Assembly (NCBI GenBank): GCA_963575745.1
Contig: CAUYUJ010000028.1
Span: forward strand, 62,001-119,415
Direction of reading: 5' to 3'
Length of the DNA stretch: 57,415 nucleotides
DNA from: Prorocentrum cordatum
Taxonomy: Eukaryota
Part shown: positions 1 through 10,881 of the stretch, one piece after another
Numbering within the stretch: the first letter of the stretch is position 1
Layout: every line of letters begins with the position of its first letter
Position numbers and translations under genes: made by a program
The notes under the pieces: generated by a model
The model's input: only the letters and a program-made list of their open reading frames with translations
Told to the model about the DNA's origin: nothing
Database searches by the model: none

Positions 1-239
1 TGCCTCACCCGCAAGGGGAGGGTGGAGCCTGGAGGGGAGGAGGAGGAGGGGGAGGGCGGCGTGACGCTGAGGGGGAGTGCCCGGGTGCCCGGGTGCCCGG
101 GCGTGCCGCCGAAATCGGCGCCGTGCCTCACCTAAGCATATGCACCCGCTAGAACCCCTACAGAGGCAAGGGTAATTATCAAACGAATGAGAATACTACA
201 CATAACGAAAATAGTAATGACAATACTCATAATACGAAT

Positions 240-593
240 GCGAAGACGAAGACGAGGAGGAGGAGGAGGAGGACGAGGAAGAGGAGGAGGAGGAGGAGAA
301 GGAGGAGGAGGAGGAGGGAGGAGGAGGATGAGGTGGAGGAGGTGGAGGAGGAGGAGGAGAGGAGGAGGCGCAGGAGCAGGAGGAGGAGGAGGAGGAGGAG
401 GAGGAGGAGGAGGAGGAGGAGGAGGAGGAGGAGGGTAGGAGGAGGAGGAGGAGGAGGAGGAGGAGGAGGAGGAGGAGAGGAGGAGGAGGGGGGGAGGGGA
501 GGGGGTGAGGAGGAGGAGGAGGAGGAGGAGGAGGGGAGGAGGAGGAGGACGAGGAGGAGGAGCATGATGATGATGATGATTATGATGATGATG

Positions 594-633
<40 letters not shown>

Positions 634-705
634 TGATGATGGACGATGATGCTGATGATGATTGATGATGATGATGATGCTGATGCTGATGATGATGATG
701 ATGAT

Positions 706-740
<35 letters not shown>

Positions 741-2786
741 TGATGATGATGATGAATGATGATGATGATGATGAGGAGGAGGAGGAGGAAGGGGAGAGAG
801 TAGAGGAGGAGGACGAGGCGGAGGAGGAGGAGGAAGGAGGAGCAGAAGCGAGGAGGATCAGAAGCAGGAGACGAGGAGGATGAAGAGGAGGAGGAGGAGG
901 AGGCGGGGAAGGATGGCGGAGGAGGGAGGAGGGAATGGGGAGCATGGAACGGGAATTGAGATGAGGCGGATGGAGGAGGGAGGGTGGAGGAGGGCCGGGT
1001 GGAGGATGATGGGGGAGAGAGGAGAGAGGAGAGGTGCGGAGATGAGATGAGAGGCGAGGACCGTATAGGAGAGGTGAGGAGGAGATGGGAGGGGGAGGGC
1101 GGGGAGGAGGAGGTGGACGAGGACGATGAGGACGAGGAGGAGGATGAGGAGGCGGGGGAGCAGGAGGAGTACAAGCGATATGGGGACGGGAGGACGATGA
1201 GGAGGAGGAGGAGGAGGAGGAGAAGGAGGAGAATGAGGAGAAGGAGGGCGATGAGGAGGAGGCGGAGGAAGAGTAGGAGGAGGAGGCGGAGGAGGAAGAA
1301 GAGGAGGGAGGAAGAGGGAGGAGGAGAGGAGGAAGACGAGGAGGAGGAGGAGGAAGAGGAGGAGGAGGAGGAGGAGGAGGAGGAGGGAGGAGGAGGAGGA
1401 GGATGAGGGAGGGAGAGGACGAGCAAGGAGGAAGCGGAGAGGAGGAGGAGGCGGAGAGAGGGGGAGGAGGGCGGAGGAGGAGGAGCAGGAGGAGGAGGAG
1501 GAGGAGGAGGAGGAGGAGGAGGAGGTTGAGGAGGAGGAGGAGAATGATGAGGAGGAGGAGGCGGAGGAGGAGGACGAGGGGGCTGCGGAGGTGGAGGAGA
1601 AAGGGGAAGAGTAGGAAGAGGACGATGTGGAGAAGGAGGGTGTTGCTGATGCTGACTCCGATGATGCTGATGAGGATGATGATGATGCTGATGATGATAC
1701 TGATGAATGATATAATGATGCAACTGGTGATGATGATGATGCTGGCGATGATGATGATGGTGATACCGCTGGTGATGATGCTGATGCGGATGATGAGGCT
1801 GATGATGCGTATGCTGATGATATTGATGATGCTGCGGATGCTGCTCATGCTGCTGCTGCATGATGATGCTGCTGCCGATGTTGTTGTTGTTGATGCTGCT
1901 GATGAGGATGCTGATGATGATGATGCTGATGTTGCTGATGCTGCTGATGCTGATGATGCTGATACTGACTATTCTGTTCATGCTGATGATGCTGGTGTTG
2001 AGGCTGATGTTGAGGATGCTTGCGATGCTGCTGAGGATGTTGATGATGCTACTGCTGCTGCTGATGATGATGCTGCTGCTGATGAGGCTGATGATGCTGA
2101 TGACGATGCTGACGCTGATGTTGACGATGCGGATGCTGATTCTGATGATGCTGCTGATGCTGCTGCTGCTGCTGATGGTGTTGCGGATGCCGCTGTTGAT
2201 GATTATGCTGAGGACGAGGAGGTGGATGATGCGGATCATGCTGATCCAGATGAGGAGTCATAGTAGGTTGTTGATGCTGATGCTGCTGACGATGTTGATG
2301 ATGGTGCTGATGCTGCTGATGCTGATGATGATGATGCTGATGCTGATGCTGTTGATAATTCTGAGGATGGCGATGATGCTGCTGATGATGATGATTATGC
2401 TGATGCTGCTGATGATGATGATGATGATGACACCGATGATGCTGAAGATGATGATGCTGATGATGGTGATGATGCTGATGCTGCTGCTGATGATGATGCT
2501 GCTGATGATGGTTGTGGTGTCCAACATGATGACGATGTTTATTATTATGATGATGCTGATGCTGATATGATGATGATGCTGATGATGATGGCGATGGTGA
2601 TGATTCTGATGATGCTGCTAATGTTGATGCTGCTGCTGATGATGATGGTGGTGGTAGTGGTGATGATGATACTGACGATACTGATGATGGTGATGATGTT
2701 GATGCTGCTGAGGCTGGTGATGATGCTGATGATGACGATGCTGATGATGATGCTGATGGTGGTGATGATGATGATGATGATGATGC

Positions 2787-2862
<76 letters not shown>

Positions 2863-2999
2863 AAGGATGAGGAGGAGGAGGAGGAGGAGGAGGAGGACGA
2901 GGAGGAGGAGGAGGCGGAGGAGGCGGAGGAGCAGGCGGATGAGGCGGAGGAGGAGGAGGAAGAGGAGGAGGAATCGGAGGACGCGGAGAAGGAGGAGGG
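240..2999. repeat. Degenerate (GGA)n / (GAT,GCT)n trinucleotide tracts
   Basis: Directly visible; the source of many low-complexity pseudo-ORFs. Confidence 0.95.
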
Positions 3000-3057
3000 A
3001 ATTCCTGGAATTCCTCGTGGCGGGTTCCTGAGTGCAAGCTCAGCCCCTACTAAACAA

Positions 3058-6000
3058 TCACATCTCAGGGAAACTCATGCCGTATTTAGGCGGGAGACCC
3101 CTCCGCAGCCTGCTGAGGTTCTGCCTCCCCGTAGTGCTACAGGGCCTGGGGCGCTCCTGGTCACGCAGGGGGCAGATCGCAGCAAGATTCACTGGGGTCC
3201 CTACACAAAAATTTCCACATGCAGCACAAAATAACACCCCTCGAAACACGTGCAGCTGGTGTGAGGAGTGGCACAGGGGAACGCTCGGATGGTGACCACC
3301 TTCGGTCCCGACAGGCCTCCACGGACCGATCCCAGCAGAGGACCCATCCCTCGAAGCGGGACCCAACACCGCAGGGCCTGAACAGGCCTCAGGCCAAAAT
3401 TTGTCCAAGCGACCCGTTAAAGCAGGGAAACGCCTAGCACACAACTTACATTTAAAAATGGTGCTCATCTTGACAACTACATGGCCTTGTTCAACAAGGC
3501 GGGCTTTACGCTGGCTGGCACTAGTCATTTTGGCCTTCTCTTTGTGTTGCTCGCGGCCTAGTCTATCTTGGCGGGAACGACCACACGTCAACGACACGTG
3601 ACGACTGATAGCTAGGAGCCGCTGCAACACGAGGCCACAACATGAGTCTACATTATGCACTGTTTTGACTAAATCAGAATCTAAGGCCCCCCATTCGGCA
3701 GCCACCCCAGCGAATACGTCAGCAACCGAATTAGCAACAAGGCCGTGAGGGGAGATCTGGTACTGGTCGATCTGGTTCCTGGTAGGATGACTCTTGACCC
3801 AGGTAGCACGTACATCACCCGATCGAACTTCTAGTGTTGTCCACACTTTTTGCCACAAGTCCAACATGGTAGAGTCGTCCACTCGTGCACCCTTCCTTCT
3901 GAAGGCCGCCACAATAGGCTGGTAGTCGATGTACACATGAATTGGGCCCTCAGTGTAGACCAACAGCTGGTGAAGCGCAAACAGTTCGGCTCGGGGGGAA
4001 CTTTGCACACACATACCGACAGTGGGCAAAGTACCACAAAGGACACCTCGAACTTCAAGCGAATCAGGGTCTAAGTGAACAACTGACCATCCACATCTCC
4101 TCAGCCTCCAATCTCTGCCGTGTTCTCCTCCCGAACCATCGGTTCCAAAAACTCCTCCGACGATTTTAACTCCAGAACTGATCACCTCCAGGAACGATCC
4201 CCAGGCCCAGACACGAAGCTGCCCATCTGGAAGATCATCCAGCGTCCAGCCCATGGGGACCAACCCTCGGGTCCAAAAACAGGAAGCGTCACTGGCCCCT
4301 TGGCGGGCGTCATCGACAAATCGATCAGTAAGTCGGATCGCAGAGTCCTCAATATTGTTGTTGTCGTCGCACTCCCAAAATCGGTGGAAAGGGGTCTCTG
4401 GGGCCAACCCACACCTAGGACACACTCCAGAGCTTTCATACCCAGAATCTTTTAATCTCATTTCAGGCCACTGTCCACCTATGACCAAGTTCGTCAGCAA
4501 TGCGGCCCCTTCTCCATCTCCATTCTTCTTCAGGGAGGCGTGGAGCTGCTTAAAAACTGTAAAATCAACACCTCCACGGAGTCCTTCTCCACAGAAGTGC
4601 TCAGCAGCCCGTTGCCAAACTTCACGCGAAACAGCAAGGAAGACTGCGTGCCACAAGAAAAATCTGAAATCGCCCGAATCCGCTTTCACATGATATGGCC
4701 CAGGGAATCTCCAAGAAATGGGGGACTCAGGTAGCCCATGGAGGTCCAAGATACACACGATAACGGCAGCGATAGGTCCCCTAACACGTCGCCATCGGGA
4801 AGTCGGGTCGATTCCATTGAACCTAGTTACGAGATTGCTCCATCCATTGTTTACACTCATCTTTTGCTTCGGCATCAGGGCGGTCCAGGTTCTCCCCCAC
4901 TCAAGCAGGTGTTCATATCGAAGTCTAAACCCAGGGTCGTCTCGCATCGGATTATTGATCGATAAAATCGTAGTGGAGCATCCACCTGAAGCCCATATGC
5001 CTGATGCTTTAGCAGCTTGACCTCGAAGCCGCTGAACAATAGAAGGCGGGAGGCCAAGCACTTGGTGACTCCAAGTTGAAACAGCCTGCACAGCTGGCTT
5101 AAACAGTCGCTTCGCCTTTCTATCAATGCCAGCCAAGAAGGATAGCTTTTTGGAACGTCGTGCACCCTCAGCCTGCCGTTGTTTCATTTTCCACATCGTC
5201 CTCCTCCTTCCCGCCGTGGTAGCAACACCTAAATCTTTAGTAGTGTCTTTCATGGTAAGTGGAAGCCCCAAACTAACGCATTTTTGGTGCACAGTTCTAG
5301 CCAAACCAACATTAGAACCCACAATACACGACTTAGACGAGATAACACAACCTCTATCAACAAGAGCTTGGTGTAACTCAACAATAGCTGGGACAATAGT
5401 ATGAGCTACAGCTTCAGCACGCCCTTGAAGGGATTGGGTTAAGTCATCCACATAAGCAAAGATGGGGACTTTCGGGATCCTCTGGTGGGCGGTTTCCAAA
5501 ATGTCGTACAGGTAGCATTTAATCCAAGGCATAGACTGGGAACACCCTGCCAGGATAGATTGTCCTGCTCCAAGGACACGAGACACTAGGGACTCCACCT
5601 CGAGCACCCTGGGGGCCGTGTGGATCAGCAGCCCCATGTACAGCATGAGGGCGGAATATTCGACCTCTCTGGCAAGCCTGACCAACTTAGAGGGGTCGAT
5701 AGAATCAAATTTTTTTTCCATATCCCAGTGAGCCGAAAGGGACTGGCATCCTTCCTCACGGGCGATTTCGTGGACCAACTCGCGGACCATGGCCGCTCTC
5801 AGGGCCGAGGATTTTTTCACAGCAGCATCCCAAAAGGCAACGTGAGAATCAGTCCAGTCCAAAATTCGGTCACCCCTGAGCTTAGTATACATCCTATACA
5901 AGGTGGGGCATTTGGTGATAGGCCGTTCCGTGCAAACAGTCTTAGGAATAAGCGCCACAAGACACAGGTAGACTTGCACAGGGAAGCTTTGGGTGTATTC

Positions 6001-7728
6001 GAACGCATTGAAAAGGTCACTCAGGTCCTGCAAAGCTTCCTGCGGCAACTGCAAAAAATCCCTAGGCGACCAACACTCGACTCCAAGGCCAGTGTCGGCA
6101 GGGAAATACTTGCAGACCCGCATGACATCTTGCGGTTGGATCGGGATTAACCCAGAGGCCTCAACGGCCGCCTCGTGTCGCAACTGACCCATGCTATACA
6201 CGAGGGACTCAATTTGACTACTAGATGGGGTCCACCACTTCTCCCAAAACAGCTCTCGCACTTCAAGCATCTCACTGGGGGATTGGGCCACCTTACCTTG
6301 ATCGATGAGGAATTCGACCTCCTGCTTAGATCCATGCTTCAACCAACGATGGATGGGTTTGGCTCCCCCCTTAAGACCCTCAGACAACCATTTCTTAATG
6401 CAACCTTGACCAGCTTCTCGAGCCTGCGTCCACGCACGACGAAGGATGGGCTCCAGCCCTTCTTGCATCACTTCAACAGAGGTAGGGTCAAGGGGGGGGT
6501 CCTTTAGACGTTCAGCCCACACCTGGGCCTGCCTGGCGTTCGCCAGGGCGGAGATGTGCTGGCCGACCTCGTCAGCTCGTTGAATTAAGACATTCCTGAG
6601 GGCGGAGAGGCGCGGAGTTCCTCCTCGCTTCAGGGCAACTTTCAAATCAAACAACCTGGAAGACACAAAAGACCAAAAGGCCAGCGTCGGGCACGCAAAG
6701 CCCTGCCGAAGGGGTCCCCTCCTGCCAAGTTTTCCAGACCGAAACTGGACCCCACGACCTCTTTGTCCCTCAAGGGACTCCTGACAGGACCGAGACAACA
6801 TCAGGTTTTCGGCGGCAACTGACCATCTTTGATACCCTTCAGACAGCGGTCCTGGAGGCCCAGCTCCGTGAAAAGGAAGAAATGCCGAACGCACTTCAGC
6901 AGGAACAGAAACTTGCTGATGGGGGACACGTAGCAAATGCACTTGCCATGGCAGGTCAGGCCCGACGGCAGGAAGGAAGCGTGGTGGTTTGTCCCGCTTA
7001 CATACCGGAATAGACAGGATACCAAGTGAGAGGTGGACATGTAGACAAGCATGCGTCTTGAAACTCGAGGTAAGATCAGCATTCATCGAAACATATGGCC
7101 GTAGGGAACGAGAAATCACTCCATAGTCGATCATGGTACCAGAACCTTTATCACATGTAAAATCGACATTCATGGGTTCAACCACCACACCATTCACAAG
7201 CTCACAAAACCCGCACTCATGCAGATCCACTGCAGGCATATTGAAATCACCCAGCAAGAGGAACGGGGTGTTAATCATGCGCAAGAAGTCAGTCACTTGC
7301 TGCAATCGCTTCAAATTGTCCCCAACGAGACCCAAATCGGAAATGAGATAGATAACCCCAATAGCCATGGACACACCGTGAGTTTTCAATTCGAGGAAGA
7401 ACCAACATTCCCCCGATCCGAAATCCTGGGCTCCTCCAAGAGCCGACCGAAGATATTTTTTACAGTAAATACCTTTTTGAACAACTCCTCCAACTCCTCC
7501 ATGAGTGCCACCTCCTGGACTAGGAAGTGCTGCTTGGAAGTGTGGGCGCCAGCCCATCTGGGAACAATCCTTCTTAGAAGTGGCCAATCGATCGTGCTTA
7601 ACGTGATGTTCCGCAAACAAGAAGATGTCAGTCTGTCCAACAGCTTTCGAGATCTCCCCCTTGGCCAAAGCAGACCAACTCGAAATGTTGCAGAACCTCA
7701 CGTCAAGGCTTCCTGCGGCCTTGCTAAA
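3058..7728 (-). CDS. LINE ORF2 polyprotein: APE endonuclease, reverse transcriptase, RNase H, C-terminal Cys/His zinc-finger motifs (start uncertain; frame stays open to an ATG at 8910)
   Basis: APE motifs NISSW, FAEHH, LLGDFN, IDYGVIS, FKTH (~7700-7050). RT motifs LIPK..ERPI, WDMEKKFDSI, ILAGCSQS, AYVDDL (~5450), KDLG. RNase H motifs GTDGSG, RAELFAL, YIDY, KSH, ANSVAD (~4150-3720). CKLC, HSSH and CAAC at the C-terminus. No stops. Confidence 0.93.
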   Translation of the reverse strand, partial: FSKAAGSLDVRFCNISSWSALAKGEISKAVGQTDIFLFAEHHVKHDRLATSKKDCSQMGWRPHFQAALPSPGGGTHGGVGGVVQKGIYCKKYLRSALGGAQDFGSGECWFFLELKTHGVSMAIGVIYLISDLGLVGDNLKRLQQVTDFLRMINTPFLLLGDFNMPAVDLHECGFCELVNGVVVEPMNVDFTCDKGSGTMIDYGVISRSLRPYVSMNADLTSSFKTHACLHVHLSLGILSIPVCKRDKPPRFLPAVGPDLPWQVHLLRVPHQQVSVPAEVRSAFLPFHGAGPPGPLSEGYQRWSVAAENLMLSRSCQESLEGQRGRGVQFRSGKLGRRGPLRQGFACPTLAFWSFVSSRLFDLKVALKRGGTPRLSALRNVLIQRADEVGQHISALANARQAQVWAERLKDPPLDPTSVEVMQEGLEPILRRAWTQAREAGQGCIKKWLSEGLKGGAKPIHRWLKHGSKQEVEFLIDQGKVAQSPSEMLEVRELFWEKWWTPSSSQIESLVYSMGQLRHEAAVEASGLIPIQPQDVMRVCKYFPADTGLGVECWSPRDFLQLPQEALQDLSDLFNAFEYTQSFPVQVYLCLVALIPKTVCTERPITKCPTLYRMYTKLRGDRILDWTDSHVAFWDAAVKKSSALRAAMVRELVHEIAREEGCQSLSAHWDMEKKFDSIDPSKLVRLAREVEYSALMLYMGLLIHTAPRVLEVESLVSRVLGAGQSILAGCSQSMPWIKCYLYDILETAHQRIPKVPIFAYVDDLTQSLQGRAEAVAHTIVPAIVELHQALVDRGCVISSKSCIVGSNVGLARTVHQKCVSLGLPLTMKDTTKDLGVATTAGRRRTMWKMKQRQAEGARRSKKLSFLAGIDRKAKRLFKPAVQAVSTWSHQVLGLPPSIVQRLRGQAAKASGIWASGGCSTTILSINNPMRDDPGFRLRYEHLLEWGRTWTALMPKQKMSVNNGWSNLVTRFNGIDPTSRWRRVRGPIAAVIVCILDLHGLPESPISWRFPGPYHVKADSGDFRFFLWHAVFLAVSREVWQRAAEHFCGEGLRGGVDFTVFKQLHASLKKNGDGEGAALLTNLVIGGQWPEMRLKDSGYESSGVCPRCGLAPETPFHRFWECDDNNNIEDSAIRLTDRFVDDARQGASDASCFWTRGLVPMGWTLDDLPDGQLRVWAWGSFLEVISSGVKIVGGVFGTDGSGGEHGRDWRLRRCGWSVVHLDPDSLEVRGVLCGTLPTVGMCVQSSPRAELFALHQLLVYTEGPIHVYIDYQPIVAAFRRKGARVDDSTMLDLWQKVWTTLEVRSGDVRATWVKSHPTRNQIDQYQISPHGLVANSVADVFAGVAAEWGALDSDLVKTVHNVDSCCGLVLQRLLAISRHVSLTCGRSRQDRLGREQHKEKAKMTSASQRKARLVEQGHVVVKMSTIFKCKLCARRFPALTGRLDKFWPEACSGPAVLGPASRDGSSAGIGPWRPVGTEGGHHPSVPLCHSSHQLHVFRGVLFCAACGNFCVGTPVNLAAICPLRDQERPRPCSTTGRQNLSRLRRGLPPKYGMSFPEM

Positions 7729-8905
7729 GCAGCTGCTGGGGTGGTACTGCCTGGGGGGCGGCGAGCTTAGCAAAGCTGCTGACAAAGAGATTAGTAGCGT
7801 AGTCCGAAACCCGAAGGCGCTTGTCCGCCTTGGCCTCGAACTTCTTTGTGAGGAGGGCCTCCAGCCTCTCCAAATCTGCTGGGGAAACCTGCTCCGCAGG
7901 CCTCTTGCGGAGCTCACGAATTTCAGCCTGCTCAGTAGCGTCCAAATCCTCATCATCATCATTAAGACCAGGAACAGCATGCTCTGCACCACCACGAAGA
8001 AGGTTCTTGGCCGCCATCTGCGCGGACCGTAGCTGCTGCCACTCAGAGAAGGGAACTTTTGTAGAATCAGCCACTTTCCGAAGTTCTTCGTCAGAGAGTT
8101 CGTGAAGGCGTGAAACGATGTCAGGATCGTAAGTAGGTTGATTACCAGAGCTGCCAATATCACCACTTGCTGCAGGAGCATGATGTCCTCCACCGTCAGG
8201 TCCACCAGCTGGTCCTGCCATGGGAACATCTTGGGATCCTTGAGCTTCACCGGGTACAGGGGCTCCAGCAGCGCGGGCGGCTTCAGCAGCAGCTTTGGTC
8301 CGAAGCTTGAATTCTTCTTCATTGAAATTGTTCTGCATCTCCTTGGCGATGTTGAGCTTGTTGCGTGCTTCTTCCAATCCAGCAGAGGCCATCTGGAAAG
8401 CGGATTCAGCTTGCGCCACTTTCTCCCTTGCTTTCGCCAAGGCGTCTTGACGGGCACTGCGGTCTTGCCATGCCAGCCTTTCTTCTTTTGCGGCTTGCTC
8501 AACCTCTTTGGCCAGCTCCGTACGCTTCGCCGCCACCAAGGATTCCAACTCCACACTGGTAGGGACTGCAGGTAGCGGTTCAGGTGGAAGCGCCGCCGCC
8601 AGAAGAGATTGAAGCTCAGGAAATTGAACAAGTGCGGCACGGGCTTGATCTGCGAGAGCGGAGGGAACTGCACCTTGCCCTCCACCAGCATGCTCGGAAA
8701 GACCACCAGGAAGCCCATGCGGTTGTTCGTACCCTTTATATGCGGACTTACATACACTGCACCAAGCGTGACCTCGCCAATCCCATTCCCAATGGCCACA
8801 CTTGCTGCACACACTGTAGGTACTCTGATGCCCCCGCCAATCATTGACACGACTGCGAGGACGATAGTTGCGCCAACCATTGATGCCCTTGCCCCGCTGC
8901 GCCAT
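7724..8905 (-). CDS. LINE ORF1 (N-terminal C4 zinc-finger-like motif, coiled coil)
   Basis: ATG at 8905 in GCAATGG context. CSKC-x12-CSVC motif, Ala/Glu/Lys-rich helical region; lies 5' of the APE domain. Confidence 0.85.
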   Translation of the reverse strand: MAQRGKGINGWRNYRPRSRVNDWRGHQSTYSVCSKCGHWEWDWRGHAWCSVCKSAYKGYEQPHGLPGGLSEHAGGGQGAVPSALADQARAALVQFPELQSLLAAALPPEPLPAVPTSVELESLVAAKRTELAKEVEQAAKEERLAWQDRSARQDALAKAREKVAQAESAFQMASAGLEEARNKLNIAKEMQNNFNEEEFKLRTKAAAEAARAAGAPVPGEAQGSQDVPMAGPAGGPDGGGHHAPAASGDIGSSGNQPTYDPDIVSRLHELSDEELRKVADSTKVPFSEWQQLRSAQMAAKNLLRGGAEHAVPGLNDDDEDLDATEQAEIRELRKRPAEQVSPADLERLEALLTKKFEAKADKRLRVSDYATNLFVSSFAKLAAPQAVPPQQLL

Positions 8906-9039
8906 TGCATGCACTGCAGGACGGGAGCTTGCTCCTCCAGGAGCTCACAGATGCCCCCCTGTGGGGCGAAAAAGTTCAGGAGCCTCGAGCCGCTCCCTTG
9001 GCTGCACACAAGCTCCCAGCGCGGGAGCGACGTTGGGAA

Positions 9040-9060
9040 CTTGAGCCAAAATGGCTACGG
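9040..9060 (-). other. Dinoflagellate spliced leader (DinoSL) core, genomic copy
   Basis: Reverse complement reads CCGTAGCCATTTTGGCTCAAG, identical to nt 2-22 of DinoSL (DCCGTAGCCATTTTGGCTCAAG). Confidence 0.97.
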
Positions 9061-9832
9061 GGAGAAGGAGGAGGGGGACGAAGAATCGGAGGAGGAGGAA
9101 GAGGCGGATGAGGAGGAGGAGGAGGAGCGGCAGGAGGAGGAGGAAGAGCTGGAGGAGGTTGAGGAGGGGGGATGAGGAGGATGATGAGGACGAGGGGGAT
9201 GGAAGAGGAGGAGGAGGCGGACGAGGAGGATGAGGAGGATGAGGATGAGGAGGATGCCGAGACGGAGGAAGAGGGGGAGGAGGAGCGGGAGGAAGTGGAG
9301 GAGGAGGAAGAAGAGGAGGAGGCGGAGGAGGAGGAGGGAGAGGAGGAGGAGGAGGATGAGGAGGATGAGGAGGAGGAGGAGGGAGGGAGGAGGCGGAGGA
9401 GGCGGAGGAGGAAGAGGAAGAGGACGAGGCGGAGGAGGAGGAGGAGGAGGAGGAGGAGGAGGAGGAGAGGAGGAGGATGATGACGAGGAGGAGGAGGATG
9501 AGGAGGATGATGCACATGATAAGGAGGAGGAGGAGGAGGCGGAGAAGGAGGAGGATGAGGATGAGGATGAGGAACATGCTGATGATGCGGCTGCGGCTGA
9601 TGATGCTGATGATGATGATGCTGATGCTGATGCTGATGATGATGATGCTGATGCGGATGATGATGGTGCTGATGTTGGGGATGCTGAGACTGCTGATGAT
9701 GATGCTGATGCTGATGTTGATGATGATGACGATACTGCTGATGACGATGACGACGATGTTGTTGATGATGATGCTGAGGCTGATGCTGCTGATGATGATG
9801 AGGAGGGGGAGGTGGATGCTGATGATGATGAC

Positions 9833-9884
<52 letters not shown>

Positions 9885-10008
9885 CTGCTGATCAGGATGA
9901 TGATGACGATGATGATGCTGCTGATGATGATGATGATGATGATGACGATGCTGCTGATGATGATGTTGATGATGATGATGCTGATGATGCTGATGCCGAT
10001 GATGATGC

Positions 10009-10043
<35 letters not shown>

Positions 10044-10095
10044 CTGATGATGATGATGATGATGCTGATGATGATGATGCTGATGATGATGATGC

Positions 10096-10133
<38 letters not shown>

Positions 10134-10687
10134 CTGATGCTGATGCTGATGCTGCTGACGATGGTGCTGACGATGATAAGGATGAGGAGGATGAGGCGGG
10201 GGAGGAGGACGACGAACTTCTTCACACATTCCGCATACCGTCTCAACGAATCATGCAGCTCTTCGTAGTCCCTACCTTGCATGTGCCTGCTTTCCCCCCC
10301 TTCCCCCCTCTCACAGGCTTCGGCAGCTGATCGGCTTCTCTCCAGTTATGCTGTTCATGAAGGGCTCCAAGGCGAGCCGTGACGGCCGCTCGCCAGGATG
10401 AGGATGATGAGGATGAGGAGTATGATGAGGAGGAGGATGAAGGGGACGAGCATGACCAGGAGTAGGAGGATGAGGAGGACGAGGAGAATGAGGATGAGGA
10501 GGAACAGGAGGAGGGGGAGGAAGAGGAGGAGGAGGAGGAGGAGGAGGAGGAGGATGAGGACGGGGAGGAGTAAGGGGAGATGGAGGAGGAGGAAGAGGAG
10601 GAGGAGGAGGAGGAGGATGATGATACTGATGATGCTGCTGATGATGATGATGATGCTGATGATGATGATGATGATGATGATGACGAC

Positions 10688-10741
<54 letters not shown>

Positions 10742-10781
10742 GGTGGTGGTGGTGGTGGTGGTGGTGATGATGATGATGATG
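9061..10781. repeat. (GGA)n/(GAT)n tracts with a unique island at ~10210-10395
   Basis: Directly visible. Confidence 0.9.
10317..10371 (+). CDS. Monothiol glutaredoxin exon A: (R)LRQLIGFSPVMLFMKGSK
   Basis: Matches the Grx3/4/5 N-terminal motif 'L..LI...PVMLFMKG'. Polypyrimidine tract + CAG|G acceptor; AG|GC donor. Confidence 0.8.
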
Positions 10782-10881
10782 NNNNNNNNNNNNNNNNNNN
10801 NNNNNNNNNNNNNNNNNNNNNNNNNNNNNNNNNNNNNNNNNNNNNNNNNNNNNNNNNNNNNNNNNNNNNNNNNNNNNNNNN
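10782..10881. other. Assembly gap (100 N)
   Basis: Run of n. Confidence 1.

Larger units (their letters stand above)
3000..9060 (-). mobile_element. Full-length non-LTR retrotransposon (APE-RT-RNase H LINE) with 15-bp TSD and DinoSL at its 5' end
   Basis: GGAGAAGGAGGAGGG flanks it at 2985-2999 and 9061-9075. Two intact ORFs. Minus-strand 5' end is CCGTAGCCATTTTGGCTCAAG; the 3' end is AGGAATTCC-AGGAATT. Confidence 0.95.

Noticed and set aside
187..3037. Long poly-M/D/H/I/R ORFs here and in all other triplet tracts
   Set aside because: Artefacts of stop-free trinucleotide repeats; no domain content.
8911..9009. 1983-aa ORF start at 9009 and ORF1 start at 8914
   Set aside because: Both are GTG codons in the 5' UTR; the first ATGs are at 8910 and 8905.
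9040..9075. SL RNA gene
   Set aside because: The SL is followed by the retroelement UTR (TTCCC..), not a GT donor and SL intron, and is bounded by the TSD.
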